Source of the DNA: Gracilinanus agilis | Taxonomy: Eukaryota | Reading direction: 5' to 3' | DNA length: 64,000 bases | Assembly: GCF_016433145.1 (NCBI RefSeq) | Contig: NC_058133.1 | Span: forward strand, 236,940,105 to 237,004,104 | In this document: positions 1 through 12,477 of the stretch, piece by piece | Numbering within the stretch: position 1 is the first letter of the stretch | Layout: the number at the start of each line of letters is the position of its first letter | The notes under the pieces: model-generated | What the model saw: only the letters and a program-made list of their open reading frames with translations | The model's database searches: none | What the model was told of the DNA's origin: nothing | Position numbers and translations under genes: made by a program

Positions 1-828
1 AAAATTACCTCCCTGAATGGTAAAGACAAACAAAAATTTTAAGTCTTCTAGTGGCTGAGAGTTATCTGGCACAGTTATTTCACAGAAAATAAAAATGATA
101 GTCCAAATGACTTGTTGTTGCTTCTCTAGAGACTTTTAAAATCTAGACATTATTCTTTTAAAAATATGTAAACTATCAATAAAAGCATATAAGAGGGCAA
201 AATTTTATCCAAACTTATTAATCTTTAATAAAAAAGAAAAATAAAAAAGATAATTTTTGAAGATATCTCCTTTTATGTTCTTGAGAAGGAATAGTTTAAG
301 CAGTGTTAGTTTAAATTTCATTACTTACTTTAAAAAATGTATTAAACTTTATTACTTAAAACAAATTATGTAAAATAACATTCAGAGTTGATTTTAATTT
401 TTTCTAGAATTTAGCATAGCGCCTCGCACATAGTAGGCATTTGATAAATGAAGTGAATTCAATTCAATGTGAAAAAAATCATCCTAAGAAGTGAGACTAA
501 GAATAAGCAGTTATATATATATATATATATATATTTCAGTGAGTGTCCTTAGGGCAGCTATTTGATAGATTTATTATAGAGGTTAGGTGACTGACATCCA
601 AAAAGGTTAACCTTTTAAACAAGTGACTTGCCCAAGTAGTGAAGACAAGCTCAGAATCTAGGTCTTTTATATAACATTTCCTCTTCTATTTCTACTCTAC
701 CCATTTTTGTCATTACTCCAACTATTGTGACTGTCTAGCTTTTGTGATAATAGCAAGAGATAAAGAGCTTGGTGATCCCTAGACTATATGATTTCAAAAA
801 AGAAAAAGTTAATTTCCAAAGTTCTTAC

Positions 829-973
829 ATGTTGACTTCCAGACTCTCATTATCAGAGGAACCATCATCTCCCAATACATTAGGAGGATCTGGTTTCCTA
901 ATGAGAAAGAAAAGAACTGTCCCCACAAGGCTAATCACGGTCAGAGCAATAAAAACTGTTCTTCGGTCATTCT
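829..973 (-). CDS. MFSD11: MFSD11 coding exon 7 (E-NDRRTVFIALTVISLVGTVLFFLIRKPDPPNVLGDDGSSDNESLEVN-); gene continues left of the window
   Basis: Pyrimidine tract plus AG at 974-975, GT donor at 827-828, 145 nt, phase fits exon 6. Matches recalled human ESDRRTVFIALTVISLVGTVLFFLIRKPD. Confidence 0.93.
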
Positions 974-1519
974 CTGAAGAAAAAAAAGGTAGTTAGTGTT
1001 AATTATATAAATAATTCTTAAAATTGATTTTTTTTTCCCACAGAGGCTAACAACAGCTAAGACACTAGATTATCAAAATGCTTGTTAAATACTTCAATAA
1101 AACCTGCTAAACTTTGGATAAGAGGTAAAATGCCAATTTCACTCTTGTCTTTATGTTTCAGGTATGTTAATATGCCAAAGGAATGATCATACAAAAAGAA
1201 AATCACTTTTGTTATTACAAAGCAATGTAAAAACAGTTCAAAGAAATGAAGTTTTCTCCTGATTAAATATCAAGCATTTCTTGCATAATCATCAAACAAC
1301 AAAACTGCACAGATGACTTTAAAGTCTTTAGTACTATTTGAAGCATGGCAATCTACAGAAAAAATGAAATGAGCTGCTGGCTTAATATTGGTAAAAACTC
1401 AGAATATGAAAATGAGAATCTAGAAGCCCAGGTTTTATCATAGCAATGCCCAAAATAAGAAATAACAGCTATCAATGGAGCCTAAACTATATATTAAAAA
1501 CAAAGTAAATAATACAAAC

Positions 1520-1578
1520 CTGATATTTGAGTTTTCCCTTGCCAAGCATAATAAATGTAAAGATTTCCAAAGAACAAG
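1520..1578 (-). CDS. MFSD11: MFSD11 coding exon 6 (S-LFFGNLYIYYAWQGKTQIS-E)
   Basis: AG/GT bounded 59-nt exon, in frame with its neighbours. Confidence 0.93.
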
Positions 1579-2049
1579 CTAAGAGGGAAAAAATGTTAAG
1601 GAGATAAATTAAATTACTATTTAGAGATTTTTAAAAGTGAATTCAGGCATTCCGAGACAAAAATATGTGTCACTCGGTGTGTCTATATGTGTGTCGCCAC
1701 CTCCCATCTTTGCTGTTTTTCCCTCAGCAACCGCAGAGTAATAATTACAACAATGACCGACCCCTCCATTCCATGCTTGGAAAAATTAATTCACAATTGA
1801 AACCTGGAAGAATGTGCTGTCCCTACAAATGGAACAACATCTCCTGTCATATGACAATGACCTGATTCACAGAAGCCTTTCAAAGAAAAGTAAACTATTT
1901 TGAATCATGTGATTTACTAGAGCATTGGGAAAGACAACTTGGAAACTCCAAGTTAAATTCTTGAATTACAAGAATCTATGAAGAAATTGTTCTTCTACTA
2001 CTTTAAACATGCATTTTTTTTGCATTCTGACCTGGGAAATTAGGAATTA

Positions 2050-2870
2050 TATCCATGACAGAACCATCATCTTCTCAATCACAAGATTCTAAATCTAGAT
2101 GTCATCCTGGACTTATCACTGTCTCTTACCTGTTAACAAGGGCCTATAAATCCCATCTTTGCAATATTTCTCATATATATCCCATTCTCTCCTATAATAC
2201 TTCTACCATCCTGGTGCAGGACCTTTCCATACCACTTCTAGATCACTGTAAAAGCTTTTCTGTTGTCCTCTCTGCTTTAAGTCTCTTCTCACTTCAGTTC
2301 ATCTTCCATTTAACGATGAAAGCATAAGTCTGATTGTGCCAGTTCCTTATTCAATAAACTCCAGTAGCTCTTTATTGCTTTCAGGATCAAATGTAAAATT
2401 CGATTTGGCTTTTAAAGCCTTTCATAACCTGGCCTCTTTCTGCCATTTCAATCTTTCTATGCCTTACTTCCTACAATGTATTCTTTGACACAGTGACACT
2501 AGCCTCTTTGCTATTCCTTACTCCATTTCTAGACTCTGGGCATTTTTAATGGCTATTTCCCATGTCTAGAATATTCTCCTTACTCATCTCTACCATCTGG
2601 CTTCCCAAATATATTTCAAATCTGAACTAAAATCTCACCTTCTACAGGAAGCTTTTCTGATCCTTCTTAATCTTAAAGCCTTCCCTCTGAGTCTAGCCCC
2701 AATTTATTCCATGTATATCATATTTGCACATAGTTGTTTGCATGTGGTCTCCTCTCATTAGACTATAAGCTCCTTGTGGACAGGAACTATTTTTACTTCT
2801 TTTTGTATCCTTAGTGCTTAGAATAGTGCTTGGAATCTTTTGGTGCTTAATAAATGGACATATACATTTA
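2050..2870 (+). mobile_element. Old L2 LINE 3' fragment
   Basis: Degenerate pyrimidine-rich L2 3' motifs ending in AGACTATAAGCTCCTTG...GTGCTTAATAAATG. Confidence 0.6.
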
Positions 2871-2950
2871 TATTCACAGTCATATACATTACCAAAACAA
2901 AGGAAAGGTTCATGAAGGTGATACCAAGATGCTCATAAAAGAAAATGAAA

Positions 2951-3139
2951 GGGGCAGCTGGGTAGCTCAGTGGACTGAGAGTCAGGCCTAGAGATGGGAG
3001 GTTCTAGGTTCAAATCTGGCCTCAGACACTTCCCAGCTGTGTGACCCCGGGCAAGTCACTTGACCCCCATTGCCCACCCTTACCACTCTTCCACCTATGA
3101 GCCAATACACAGAAGTTAAGGGTCTAGAGAAAAAAAAAA
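2951..3139 (+). mobile_element. Young tRNA-derived SINE (SINE1_Mdo-like)
   Basis: GGGGCAGCTGGGTAGCTCAGTGG A-box, GGTTCAAATC B-box, CORE segment, A-tail, AAAATGAAAG direct repeats. Confidence 0.9.
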
Positions 3140-3353
3140 TGAAAGCATGACCATGTGATGCTTCTTTATTTGGTTAATAATTCTAGTGAATTCCTGGAGG
3201 CATGGGCTGTATATTTTAACTCATTCTGTAATCTTTGGAATAACATTACACATATCTGGAAACTTAAATAAAAATTAAGTCATGTGTAAAGTCTGAGTTT
3301 GTTGAGTTGAACTTAATAATCAAAGAAAAATGGTTTCACATAAAAAAATCTAC

Positions 3354-3450
3354 CTGGACTGCAAGAGTGCCCAGAAAATCCCACTGTTTCTTCCAATAGT
3401 ATTTTCATCTGAATTTACTGTCAAGCAATTTCCTTGTGCTGTCCAAAGTA
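3354..3450 (-). CDS. MFSD11: MFSD11 coding exon 5 (V-LWTAQGNCLTVNSDENTIGRNSGIFWALLQS-S)
   Basis: AG/GT bounded 97-nt exon with the UNC93/MFS motif WTAQG...RNSGIFW. Confidence 0.95.
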
Positions 3451-3565
3451 CTAAAAGGCAAACCAAAGTTAATAATTAAAAAAAAAAGATTAATTTAATT
3501 TTACAAATGATACCCACTGAGAAGCCCCAGAAAAATATAGAGTAGGAAGATAAAGCCATGCTTAC

Positions 3566-3645
3566 CAGCAGCAGCAATCCCGATGAAAACAGATGCTGTG
3601 TAGAAGGACCATGTGAAAGGCTGGATAAAAACGGCAATGTATATG
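3566..3645 (-). CDS. MFSD11: MFSD11 coding exon 4 (S-IYIAVFIQPFTWSFYTASVFIGIAAA-V)
   Basis: AG/GT bounded 80-nt exon encoding hydrophobic TM segments, in frame. Confidence 0.95.
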
Positions 3646-4559
3646 CTAAAATATAACAGGTCAATTTATTATCTTCAAATAACACACAAAATATGCCAAT
3701 GCTGTCTTCTAAGAATCAATGTGAGTCTTTACCTTCCTCTAAAATTTCAGTTCTAATATGTTCCAGTTTTCAAAAGAAAAAAAAATGTGATATTTCCATT
3801 TCTTTCTCATAGCTCCTATCATTTTTTAAACTAGGCACTAGATGAAATGCTTGCAAATGGCTTCCTGACAAACCAATCAGCAGAATAAAGAGAGGTTATA
3901 GTCTTAGCCTTAGGTTTAAAAGTTCAATCATCAAATTGTGCTTTCCTTCTGGTCAATTTAAAAACCAACCTAAACTATTTTGATGGAAGCTATTCAACCT
4001 CTGAGGAACAAAGGAGTCCAGATACTTCAAGTAAAGTTGTCATAGCAAATTATTTCCAGGAACAGTGACATAAAAAAATAATACAAATGTCCCTACACTA
4101 ATTTTCTCTTCTTTTATATATCCTTTTAACAAATAAACAAGAATTATATACCAATCTAAACAGTCCTTTGGCACAATAAAATTTTGTTGTTTTAAGTAAG
4201 ACTTTTGAGTTAATTTTTCTTCTCCATATTTTCACTTAACTCTCATTGGCCTGGTTTGCTTATTGAAAGTTCATTACTCTCAAATATTTTTATGCATAGT
4301 AATTTTTAGAATTAAAAATTAATGAACATTATCAGGGTTCCTGATAAATAGGATAAAATTTCCTGAAGAGTTAATTACATTAACATCTAGAATGCATCTA
4401 ACTAAAAATCCAAACTGAAGAAATACTCCCTAGAATTACAAAGAAATGATATTAGATTCACATCCAGCTAAATTAGAAAACATTTGAGCTTTTACTAAGT
4501 TCTTAAAAAATGTGGAGTGTATTCTGATGAAATAAATCATGTACTATTATGCTACTTAC

Positions 4560-4667
4560 CTATAAAATAAACCACTAGCAAACATAGATAGTTGAGGTCC
4601 CACTATGGCAACAATTGAAGGAGTAATCAAGTTTGAAGCAGAGAACACTCCATAAATAATTGCCATG
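4560..4667 (-). CDS. MFSD11: MFSD11 coding exon 3 (S-MAIIYGVFSASNLITPSIVAIVGPQLSMFASGLFY-S)
   Basis: AG/GTAAGT bounded 108-nt exon, in frame. Confidence 0.95.
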
Positions 4668-4890
4668 CTACATGAAAAAAAATTAAGATAACAGGAAAAA
4701 GTTGTGAAATGCCATTGGATTTATCATAGTTTTTCTTTCAATAAAAAAATCTGTTATTTACATGAAAAGATCCTTATTAAAACAATATTACCATTACCAG
4801 ATTATATCAATCTATGCTGTAATACAATATATATATAAAAACATACAAATATATAGGAATATATACAAAATAGCAAAAAGATATTATTAT

Positions 4891-5500
4891 TGTCAACATG
4901 GAATCTAGAAACCTCCAAACTTGTAACCACTTGGGATCTGAAAACTCCACCAACTTCAATTCAGTTAGCTTGAAAGGGAAGACCTCAAGGTTGAACTTGT
5001 CACAAGAGAATTTCTCCTGAAGGTAAACCCAACTTCACAAGTTTTGGATTAACAATAGACTTTAAAGCATTTTAGGTAGAGCTAGCAAATTCATTCAGGT
5101 GTTAAGTATCCTTTTTGTCATGGTAGTTTCTCCCTTTGTGTCAAAGTCCTTTTTCAAAGTAGCCCAGCCCTAGACTGGATCTTTCCCTATTGTGTACATA
5201 GTAAAGCATCAGCCTCTCACAGATAGGATAATACCTCATTTCCTTTGTAGTCATTGTAAAGGCAATCAACTATACTCTCCCAGCCTCAGTTCCCTTAAAA
5301 AATTTATAAATTCCCCAAATTCTTTTATTCCTTGGAGCTGTCAATCTCTCAGGTGTTGGCCTCCCAGGGTAGGTAGCCAGAGTAGTTGGAGTCTCGAAAC
5401 TCTGTGTGGAGGCCTAGAAGAAATGTACTGAAACCCTCTTCTAATTAAAGATGTGGTTTTTCTGACTATAATATAGTTCTGTGTTTTTTCCAGTTTAACA
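4891..5500 (+). mobile_element. Probable ERV solo LTR in MFSD11 intron 2
   Basis: TG...CA ends, TATAAA 5305-5310, ATTAAA 5444-5449; only an imperfect flanking repeat. Confidence 0.45.
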
Positions 5501-6514
5501 CTATATAAATCTAGAATACTTTGTTATAATTTATTTTCCTTGGTAAAAATCAATGTTACTTACCTTAATACTGCATAAAATTCTTATAATAATTTGATAT
5601 AACATATTTAAACAAAAATGGCTATTAACCCCAGTTACTTGAAAGTAAATTTTCACTTGTTACAACTGCAACTGGCTAACAAGAATATTCAGTAAAATGA
5701 AATTTATGCTAAATTTAAGAACTCAGGTTTGGGGCCTAAACTTAAAGCCAAAATAAGTTATCTCAGCTTTAAAATGGAGAAATGTTATCACAAAGTGACA
5801 TTAATGAGGTTAGGATTTCAGAATTAAGTGTGATAAAGTTATATACACATATATACACACACATATGTATTTATAAATATAAACAGTCTTATTATTAATT
5901 GCTTGGATAATTAACATATCTATTATTTAACATAGGATAGGAATAGGAACTAGACCTTAAATTTCTTTGACTATAGGGAACTTTTAGCTGAGCAAATTCC
6001 TACCGACCAATATAGGCTTTCTACACCTTAACAGTCTTGCCTTAAAGTGATACCCAGAGTCACACCACCAGTATATGTCACAGACAAGACATAAATCTTG
6101 AGTTTCCTGGCTTGGAAGCCCCCATCTTTAGCCACCAGGCAATACTGCTTCTCACTGTTTTATAGGTCAAACTCATTTGTAATAAATGAGAAAATATAAA
6201 AACTGAAAGAAACTGGATTGCTGGCACACACAAATACACAAACTGTAGGGAAACTATGCAGCTTTTGTTCCTTCTTCCAGAAAAAAAAAGTTAATTCTTT
6301 TTCTATGTTCAAATATGATATACCTGTGAATTCAGGAAGTCTATGCATCTCAAGAGTCTCCATCTGTAAAAAGTAACTTTGGCTAAAAAATGTAAGGTCT
6401 TCAGGTCTCATTTACCTTAATTGTAACACAAGAAAGGTAGAAGTCTTAAGTGGTTCCCTTCTAGCTTTAAAGAGATGATCCTATGACTGAAACGCTTTCC
6501 AACAGAAACTTGGA

Positions 6515-6655
6515 TTTTTTTTTTTTTTGGCATTTTATTTTCCCAAGTGCACATAATAGCAATTTTTAACTTGTTTCATAAAGTTATAAGATCCAAATTA
6601 TCTCCTTTCCTCCTACATCTCGGAGATGGTAAGCAATTTGATTGGGGTTTTACAT
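6515..6655 (-). mobile_element. L1 3'-end fragment with poly-T tail
   Basis: Poly-T then TTTTATTTTCCCAA...AAGATCCAAATTATCTCC...GGTAAGCAATTTGAT, shared with other L1 3' ends in the window. Confidence 0.6.
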
Positions 6656-9112
6656 CTAAGAGAAACTTATAAAACTCAGCAGCAGCCAAAATGGAAGACT
6701 AAGAAAAGTTCTAAGCTCACCTATACCTATCTCCAAACTGCCACAAAAGAAAAAAAAAACACCCAAAAACAAGTTCTGAAGGGACATAACCAATAAAAGG
6801 CAAAATAAAGCAGCCCAAAAAAGCCATAGAGGGGCAAGTAGGAAGAACCCATCTTGCTGAGGTGAAGAGATGAAAGCAGTGGAATCAGCAACATGAGGAT
6901 CAGCCCAGGACACACACACAGCCAAGGGAACCCTCAGTGGAAGGTAACACCAGGGGGAACTGAGTAGTGGAATCCAGCTAAACATACTACGGGGCACCTA
7001 GGGGAATCTAGAACTCCAAAAGAGGATAAAAAATAATAAAAGCTTTAAAAGAAAAATTATAAGAGAAAATGATAGAAATCAATAGCTTAGAGCAAGAACT
7101 CACTGAAGAAAACAGGTCCCTAAAAGAGGAAATACAAAGCCTCAAACAGGAAACTAAATCTTAAAAAAAGGAAGTACAAAGCCTCAAAGAAGAAAATAGC
7201 TTCTTAAAAATTAGAATTGGGCGAACAGAAGCTAATAACTCTATGAGACAGGAGGAAACAATAAAAACAAATTCAAATGAATGAAAAAAAGTAGAAGAAA
7301 AATCAAATATCTAACTGGAAAAACAACTGGCCTGGAAAATAGATCCAGGAAAAATAACCTAAGAATTATTAAAACTGCCTGAAAGCTGATTTTTTTAAAA
7401 AGAGCCTAAACACCATATTGCAAGAAATTATCAGGGAAAGCGGCCTTGATTTTCTTGAACAAGAGGGGAAAATAGAAATTGAAAGAATCCACTGATTCAC
7501 CACCTGAAATGGATCCTAAATTTAACAACCCCACAACTGTTTTAGCCAAATTCCAGAACTCCTAAGAAGGAAACATTGCAAGCAATCAGAAAAAAGTTAT
7601 CAAAATACTGTGGAGCCACAATCAGGATTACACAGGATCCAGCTGCTTCTACATTAAAAGGACCAAATGTCATGGAATAGGATATTCCACAAAGCAAAGA
7701 GTTTAGGACAAAACCAAGAATCACCTACCCAGCCAAACAGCATAATACTCAACGGGAAGAAGTACACATTAATGAAATAGAGGATTTCCAGACATTTCTG
7801 ACAAAAAACTAAAGTTGAAAAGAAAATATGATGCTCAAATTTGCCACTCAAGAATGAGCTAAAAAAGTAAAAAGAAAAAAACTTCAAGGGACTCAATTCC
7901 TACATGAGAAAGTGTTAACTAGGATATTTAAGATGTCTATGAGAAATACTTAAGGCACTTAAGATACTTAAGGTAACCAAAGGAAACAATGAGTTTAAAC
8001 TGAATAGAAAGGGATAACTAAGATATTTAAGGTACTTAACACACTTAGGATATTTAAGGTATTTAAGAACATTATTGCAATTAGTGCAGGGAATAGGAGT
8101 AAGTTGAATAAGACGGGAAGATATTAAAACAAAACATAACAAAATTAAGGGTTAAGAAAAAGTAGAGAAAATTGGGTGTAAATGATCCTACATGAGGAAG
8201 TGAGTAAAAATCACTAGAGTAGAAGTGCAAAGGATGGGGGTGGTGTGTGCTGTGATGCTTAAAACTTACTCTCATTGGAATTGGTACAAAGTGGGAATAA
8301 CATCTGAAAACAGTTAGCTATAGAAACCCATTTTATCCTATAGGAAAGTAAGAAGGGGAGGGAGAATTAAAAAAGGAGTGATGAAATAAAAGGGAGGGTG
8401 AACTCAGGCAGGAAACAGAATCAAAAATATTTATGAACAGGTAAAGGCTTAAAGGAGATAAAGAGAAAAACAAATGGGGAAAATAGGATGGAGGGAAATA
8501 TACAGTAATCATAACTATGAATGTGAAAACTCATCAACAAAACAAAAGGGGATAGAAAAGTGGATTAAAAGTCAGAACCCCACAATATGCTGTCTAAGAG
8601 AAACACATTGAAAGCAAGCAGATACATAGAGTAAAGGTAAAGGGCTAGAACAGAATCTATTATGTTTCCATCAAAGCCAAAAAAAGCAGGAGTGGCAATT
8701 ATGATCTCAGATTGATTGTAATGGAATATTATTGCACCATAAGAAATGACAAACAAAAATATGAAGTGTTGAAAAGTTAAATGAGCAAAACTAGGAGAAA
8801 GTACACAGTAAAAACAATTAAGTATGTTGGTCAACTGTGAATGACTTAATCAGCAATTCAAGGATCCAGGACAACTCCAAAGTCGGAATGAAGATGTGCC
8901 ATTCTTTACTTTATTTCCTCCATGAATTTTTATCTGGTGTGACGTCTTCTTTTAAAACATGATGAGCATGGAAATAGTAACACATGTACAACCTATATCA
9001 TATTACTGGTTGTCTCAGAAAGGGGGAAGGGGTAGAAGGGAGAGAACATGTATTGATAAATGACAAACAACAAATTACTGAAAGTTGTACTCAAGTAATC
9101 TGGAAAAAAAAA
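6656..9112 (+). mobile_element. Decayed, internally deleted L1: 5' UTR, ORF1, start of ORF2 endonuclease, then 3' UTR pieces
   Basis: ORF1 remnants IRITQDPAASTLK (7621) and PRITYPAK (about 7715); EN remnants WIKSQNPTICCL (8561) and KKAGVAIMIS (about 8682); jumps to L1 3'-like sequence after about 8712. Confidence 0.85.
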
Positions 9113-9720
9113 GCTTAAACAAACAGCTGGGAGGCTTCTTTTGAGGAAAGCAATAGACAATATTATTTTTCCTTTATTATAGACTTGTTACTTCATTTTT
9201 AACAGGAAACTCTCCAACAGAGACCTAATTCCCTTTAACAGAGTAGATCAACAGTTTTGTAACTTCCAGTCTTAAAAGAGTAGGTAAGGGCATTGAGAAG
9301 TTGTGTCAAGAGGGAAGATTTTTGCTGAGATCTTCCTGAATCCTCGGCCAATGTTCTATTTGCTAAACCCCAAATGTCTGATACAAAATGAAGAAAACAA
9401 AGGAATTCCCATCCATTTAGGCGTGGGTACTAATTATATGTTTTTAATGACTGATAGTTTAAAAAAAAAAGGACCAAGTAAGACTACAATCTGTGACTTT
9501 AATTAGATTTTTTAAATGGCTTACATTTTCACCAGACTCACCCTGTGAAGTATTAGCACTCTTTTAGAGAGTAGGAAATGGAAGCTCAGAGAGGTAAAAT
9601 AATTTGTCAATGGTCATACACCTAATAAGTGGCTGCAATAGGATTTAAAACTAAGTGTTTTAAATATTTAGTGGATTTCTGACAAAGTTAAATAAAACAA
9701 ACAAAACTAGTGTACAATAC

Positions 9721-9776
9721 CTGGTATAGCCACTGCCATGAAAATCTGTGCTGTTTAGACTTCTGATAACAGTTTG
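9721..9776 (-). CDS. MFSD11: MFSD11 coding exon 2 (QTVIRSLNSTDFHGSGYT-S)
   Basis: CAG/GT bounded 56-nt exon, in frame with exons 1 and 3. Confidence 0.93.
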
Positions 9777-10302
9777 CTGTGTGAAAAATAAAAGGAATTA
9801 CAAAATTCCTACTGCAATTTCCCTCTGATAGAAACTATCCTTAAAACATATAGAAACAGCATCAAAGAATTCACAATCCAATAACGAACACAAGTGTATA
9901 GGATGGGACCCTAGCACTAGAAGGACTAGTTAACCCAAATGGTTGACACAAATTGGCCAAAACTATGGCTTGGATGTTTCATTTCCTTTTCTTCCAAACA
10001 CTAATGAAGCATGTCAAAAAGTGAAATAACGAGGGCAGACTTACTACTTACTCAAGTACACAATCAAATCAAAGGAAGAACAAGGTGCAGTAATTATTAA
10101 GCACCCATTTTATGGAGGAATGAGAGCTGCCTGTTTGACACACATAAAATCAACCCTAACAACTAAGAGGAGAAAAGAGGAAAGAAAAGTAGTGGGAGAG
10201 TGAGGATGTAGAGGGTGTAATTTAGAATCGTTGTTATAATTCATGTGCATCAACGACTCATAAGGCGCAGGTAGGATTTGAAGAAAAGAGAGCACCACTC
10301 AC

Positions 10303-10398
10303 CGCCACATTCCCACAAGTTTGAAAGGCAGTGAACATAAACATAAAGGCAACGCCTAAAATAACGACGTTGAACAGCTTTTTAGATTCCGGGGACAT
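10303..10398 (-). CDS. MFSD11: MFSD11 coding exon 1 (MSPESKKLFNVVILGVAFMFMFTAFQTCGNVA); UNC93-like MFS transporter
   Basis: ATG at 10398, 96 nt, GTGAGT donor; near-identical to the recalled human N-terminus. Confidence 0.95.
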
Positions 10399-10399
10399 T

Positions 10400-11586
10400 T
10401 TGCCTCGACAGTCGTTGCAGCACCGAACCCGTTGGAGATCCCTGGGAAGACAAACGACCGGGAGTCACACAGACTAAGGAGGGGGGTGGGCACCAGAGCT
10501 GGGAGTCAGTCACGAGAGGGGCGGAGGCAGCGGGGCTGACCATGTCCTGAGCAGGGGAGGAAGATTCCTTCCGCACGAGCAGACAAGACACTGACCCCAC
10601 CCCACTCCACCCCGACCCAGCCGGAATATGGCTCGCGGCGGGTTGTGACTGGGGCCCCAGCCCCGGGCCGCGGAGTGCAGCTCTAGTCGGACAACTCCGT
10701 CAGCTGACTGGGCACGGGTCGGGGCGCGCTGGGGCCGCTGGGAAATGCAGTCCCGAGACGAGAGGGATAGGCACACCCACTCCTCGGCGGTGGACGTGAG
10801 GGGGCGTGGAATCGGCCGAGGAGCCGTTGGACTGGAACTGACGCTGCAAGTCGATTTGGGCGGTAGCCCCATAGGACCATTGGAAGGACTGGGGCCTCCG
10901 CCTGTGCGAGCGTGGAGCTTCCACACTGGTGTGCGGCGAAGGGCGGGGCTGGGCGGGGCCGGGCGGGGAGGAGCCAAGGGCCGCCACCACACTTAACCAC
11001 ATCTCCCTTCCCCCCACCCCTCCGGAGGAAGGCCAAGGAAAAGGGCCCTCCAGTAAGGCGGTGGGAGTACGGCGGGAAAAGCGTGTGGCGCGATCTCGGT
11101 GGTCCCCTTCCCGCCAAGCTCACCCCATTAGCGAACAACGCCCTCTGCAGGCGGGGCCTTTGCTCTTACGTCCAGGCTTAGTGGGGGCGGGGAATCGAAG
11201 GGTCGCCGTGAGATTGGGCTACACAGATTGGCCGAGGGGCGGAGCTAATGACTCAAGAATTTTCATTTCCGGGTGGCGCTACCGCCATTTTGTGAGAAGG
11301 GTGATAAACGGGCGCTGGGTTGTAGCGTCCCATTCAGTTACTTTTCAGGTGAGGGAGGAGGAAGGTCGTGCAGGCATTGCGAGGGTCGTGAAACCGGACC
11401 AAGTCCCCCAAGTTCCCTTCCACCGACACAGCCGCAGGTCTCTCTGAAGAGAAAGGGTCACCGGAGCCTCCGAGTTGCGGCGAACCGTCGGGGTCGCTGC
11501 TGCCACCTCTAGCTGAGCGCGCGCGCAGGCCCTCCCAGGGCGTTGATTTCTCGGCGCGCAGCCTTCGGGCCGAGCCCTCGCCGGCC
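10400..11586. promoter_or_regulatory. CpG-island bidirectional promoter and 5' UTR region of MFSD11/SRSF2
   Basis: High GC and CpG between divergent ATGs (10398 minus, 11587 plus). Three GGGCGGGG boxes 10941-10968, inverted CCAAT 11213-11217 and 11227-11231, ETS TTCCGG 11267-11272, YY1 CCGCCATTTT 11282-11291. Confidence 0.85.
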
Positions 11587-11948
11587 ATGAGCTACGGGCG
11601 TCCTCCCCCAGACGTGGAGGGGATGACCTCCCTGAAGGTGGACAACCTGACATATCGTACCTCGCCAGACACTCTGCGGCGAGTCTTTGAGAAGTACGGC
11701 CGAGTGGGCGATGTCTACATCCCCCGCGATCGCTACACCAAGGAGTCCCGTGGCTTCGCCTTCGTGCGCTTCCACGACAAGCGCGACGCCGAAGATGCCA
11801 TGGACGCCATGGACGGCGCCGTGCTTGACGGCCGGGAGCTGCGGGTGCAGATGGCCCGCTACGGCCGCCCGCCAGACTCCCACCACAGCCGCCGAGGACC
11901 GCCGCCCCGCAGGTACGGGGGAGGCGGCTACGGACGCCGGAGCCGCAG
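11587..11948 (+). CDS. SRSF2: SRSF2 (SC35) coding exon 1: RRM domain and GRPP hinge containing P95 (codon 11869-11871)
   Basis: [25 protein letters not shown]...RGFAFVRF; 362 nt; CAG|GTAAAA donor at 11949. Confidence 0.99.
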
Positions 11949-12477
11949 GTAAAAGGGAGGTAACTGGGTTTTCGGGGTGGCGGGAAAGGAGAGCCTAGTT
12001 GGGGGCGGGGTGGTGAACTGAGTTTGACTTTAATGATACCAGATGGGCCGATGTGGCACTTTTTTAATTACTGGAGGCGGGAGGCAGGAAAGGTGAGGGG
12101 ACCACAGGGACGGGAAAGTACTCCTTTTGGCCGGAGGAGCCACGTGGTGGTCCTAATGGCGTGGACTAGGGTGGGGGGGCACGTGGTCCCGTTTTCCCCT
12201 CCCCCCCACCTCGGAGCCTTTTGTTTCCTATCTATGTCTTGGAGCAAGATTTCGGACTAATCGGGTTCTTGGGTGCAACCAGGCCTCCCCTTTGAAGCAG
12301 AGAAGGGTGGCTTTGGGAGATACTCCCCTCCCCCTCCCTCTCCCTTCCTTCCTTTTTAGGTTGGGGAAATGGCGGCGTTTGGTGGGGTGAGATAATGGCG
12401 GCCTGGGCGGGAGCACGCGGGCGGGGCCGAACTTGCTATTTTCTAACCAAGCCTGTTATGCCTGTTTCTGCCTCTAG

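Noticed and set aside
2951-3030. tRNA-like A/B boxes at SINE heads (also 49308, 54190-54262, 56597)
   Set aside because: They continue into CORE sequence and A-tails with TSDs, so they are SINEs, not tRNA genes.
10382-11886. Many overlapping 70-170 aa ORFs on both strands (for example 10510-10992, 10929-11447, 11509-11886)
   Set aside because: These are stop-poor GC-rich CpG-island frames or antisense shadows of SRSF2 exon 1, with low-complexity Pro/Arg/Gly content and no recognisable domain.
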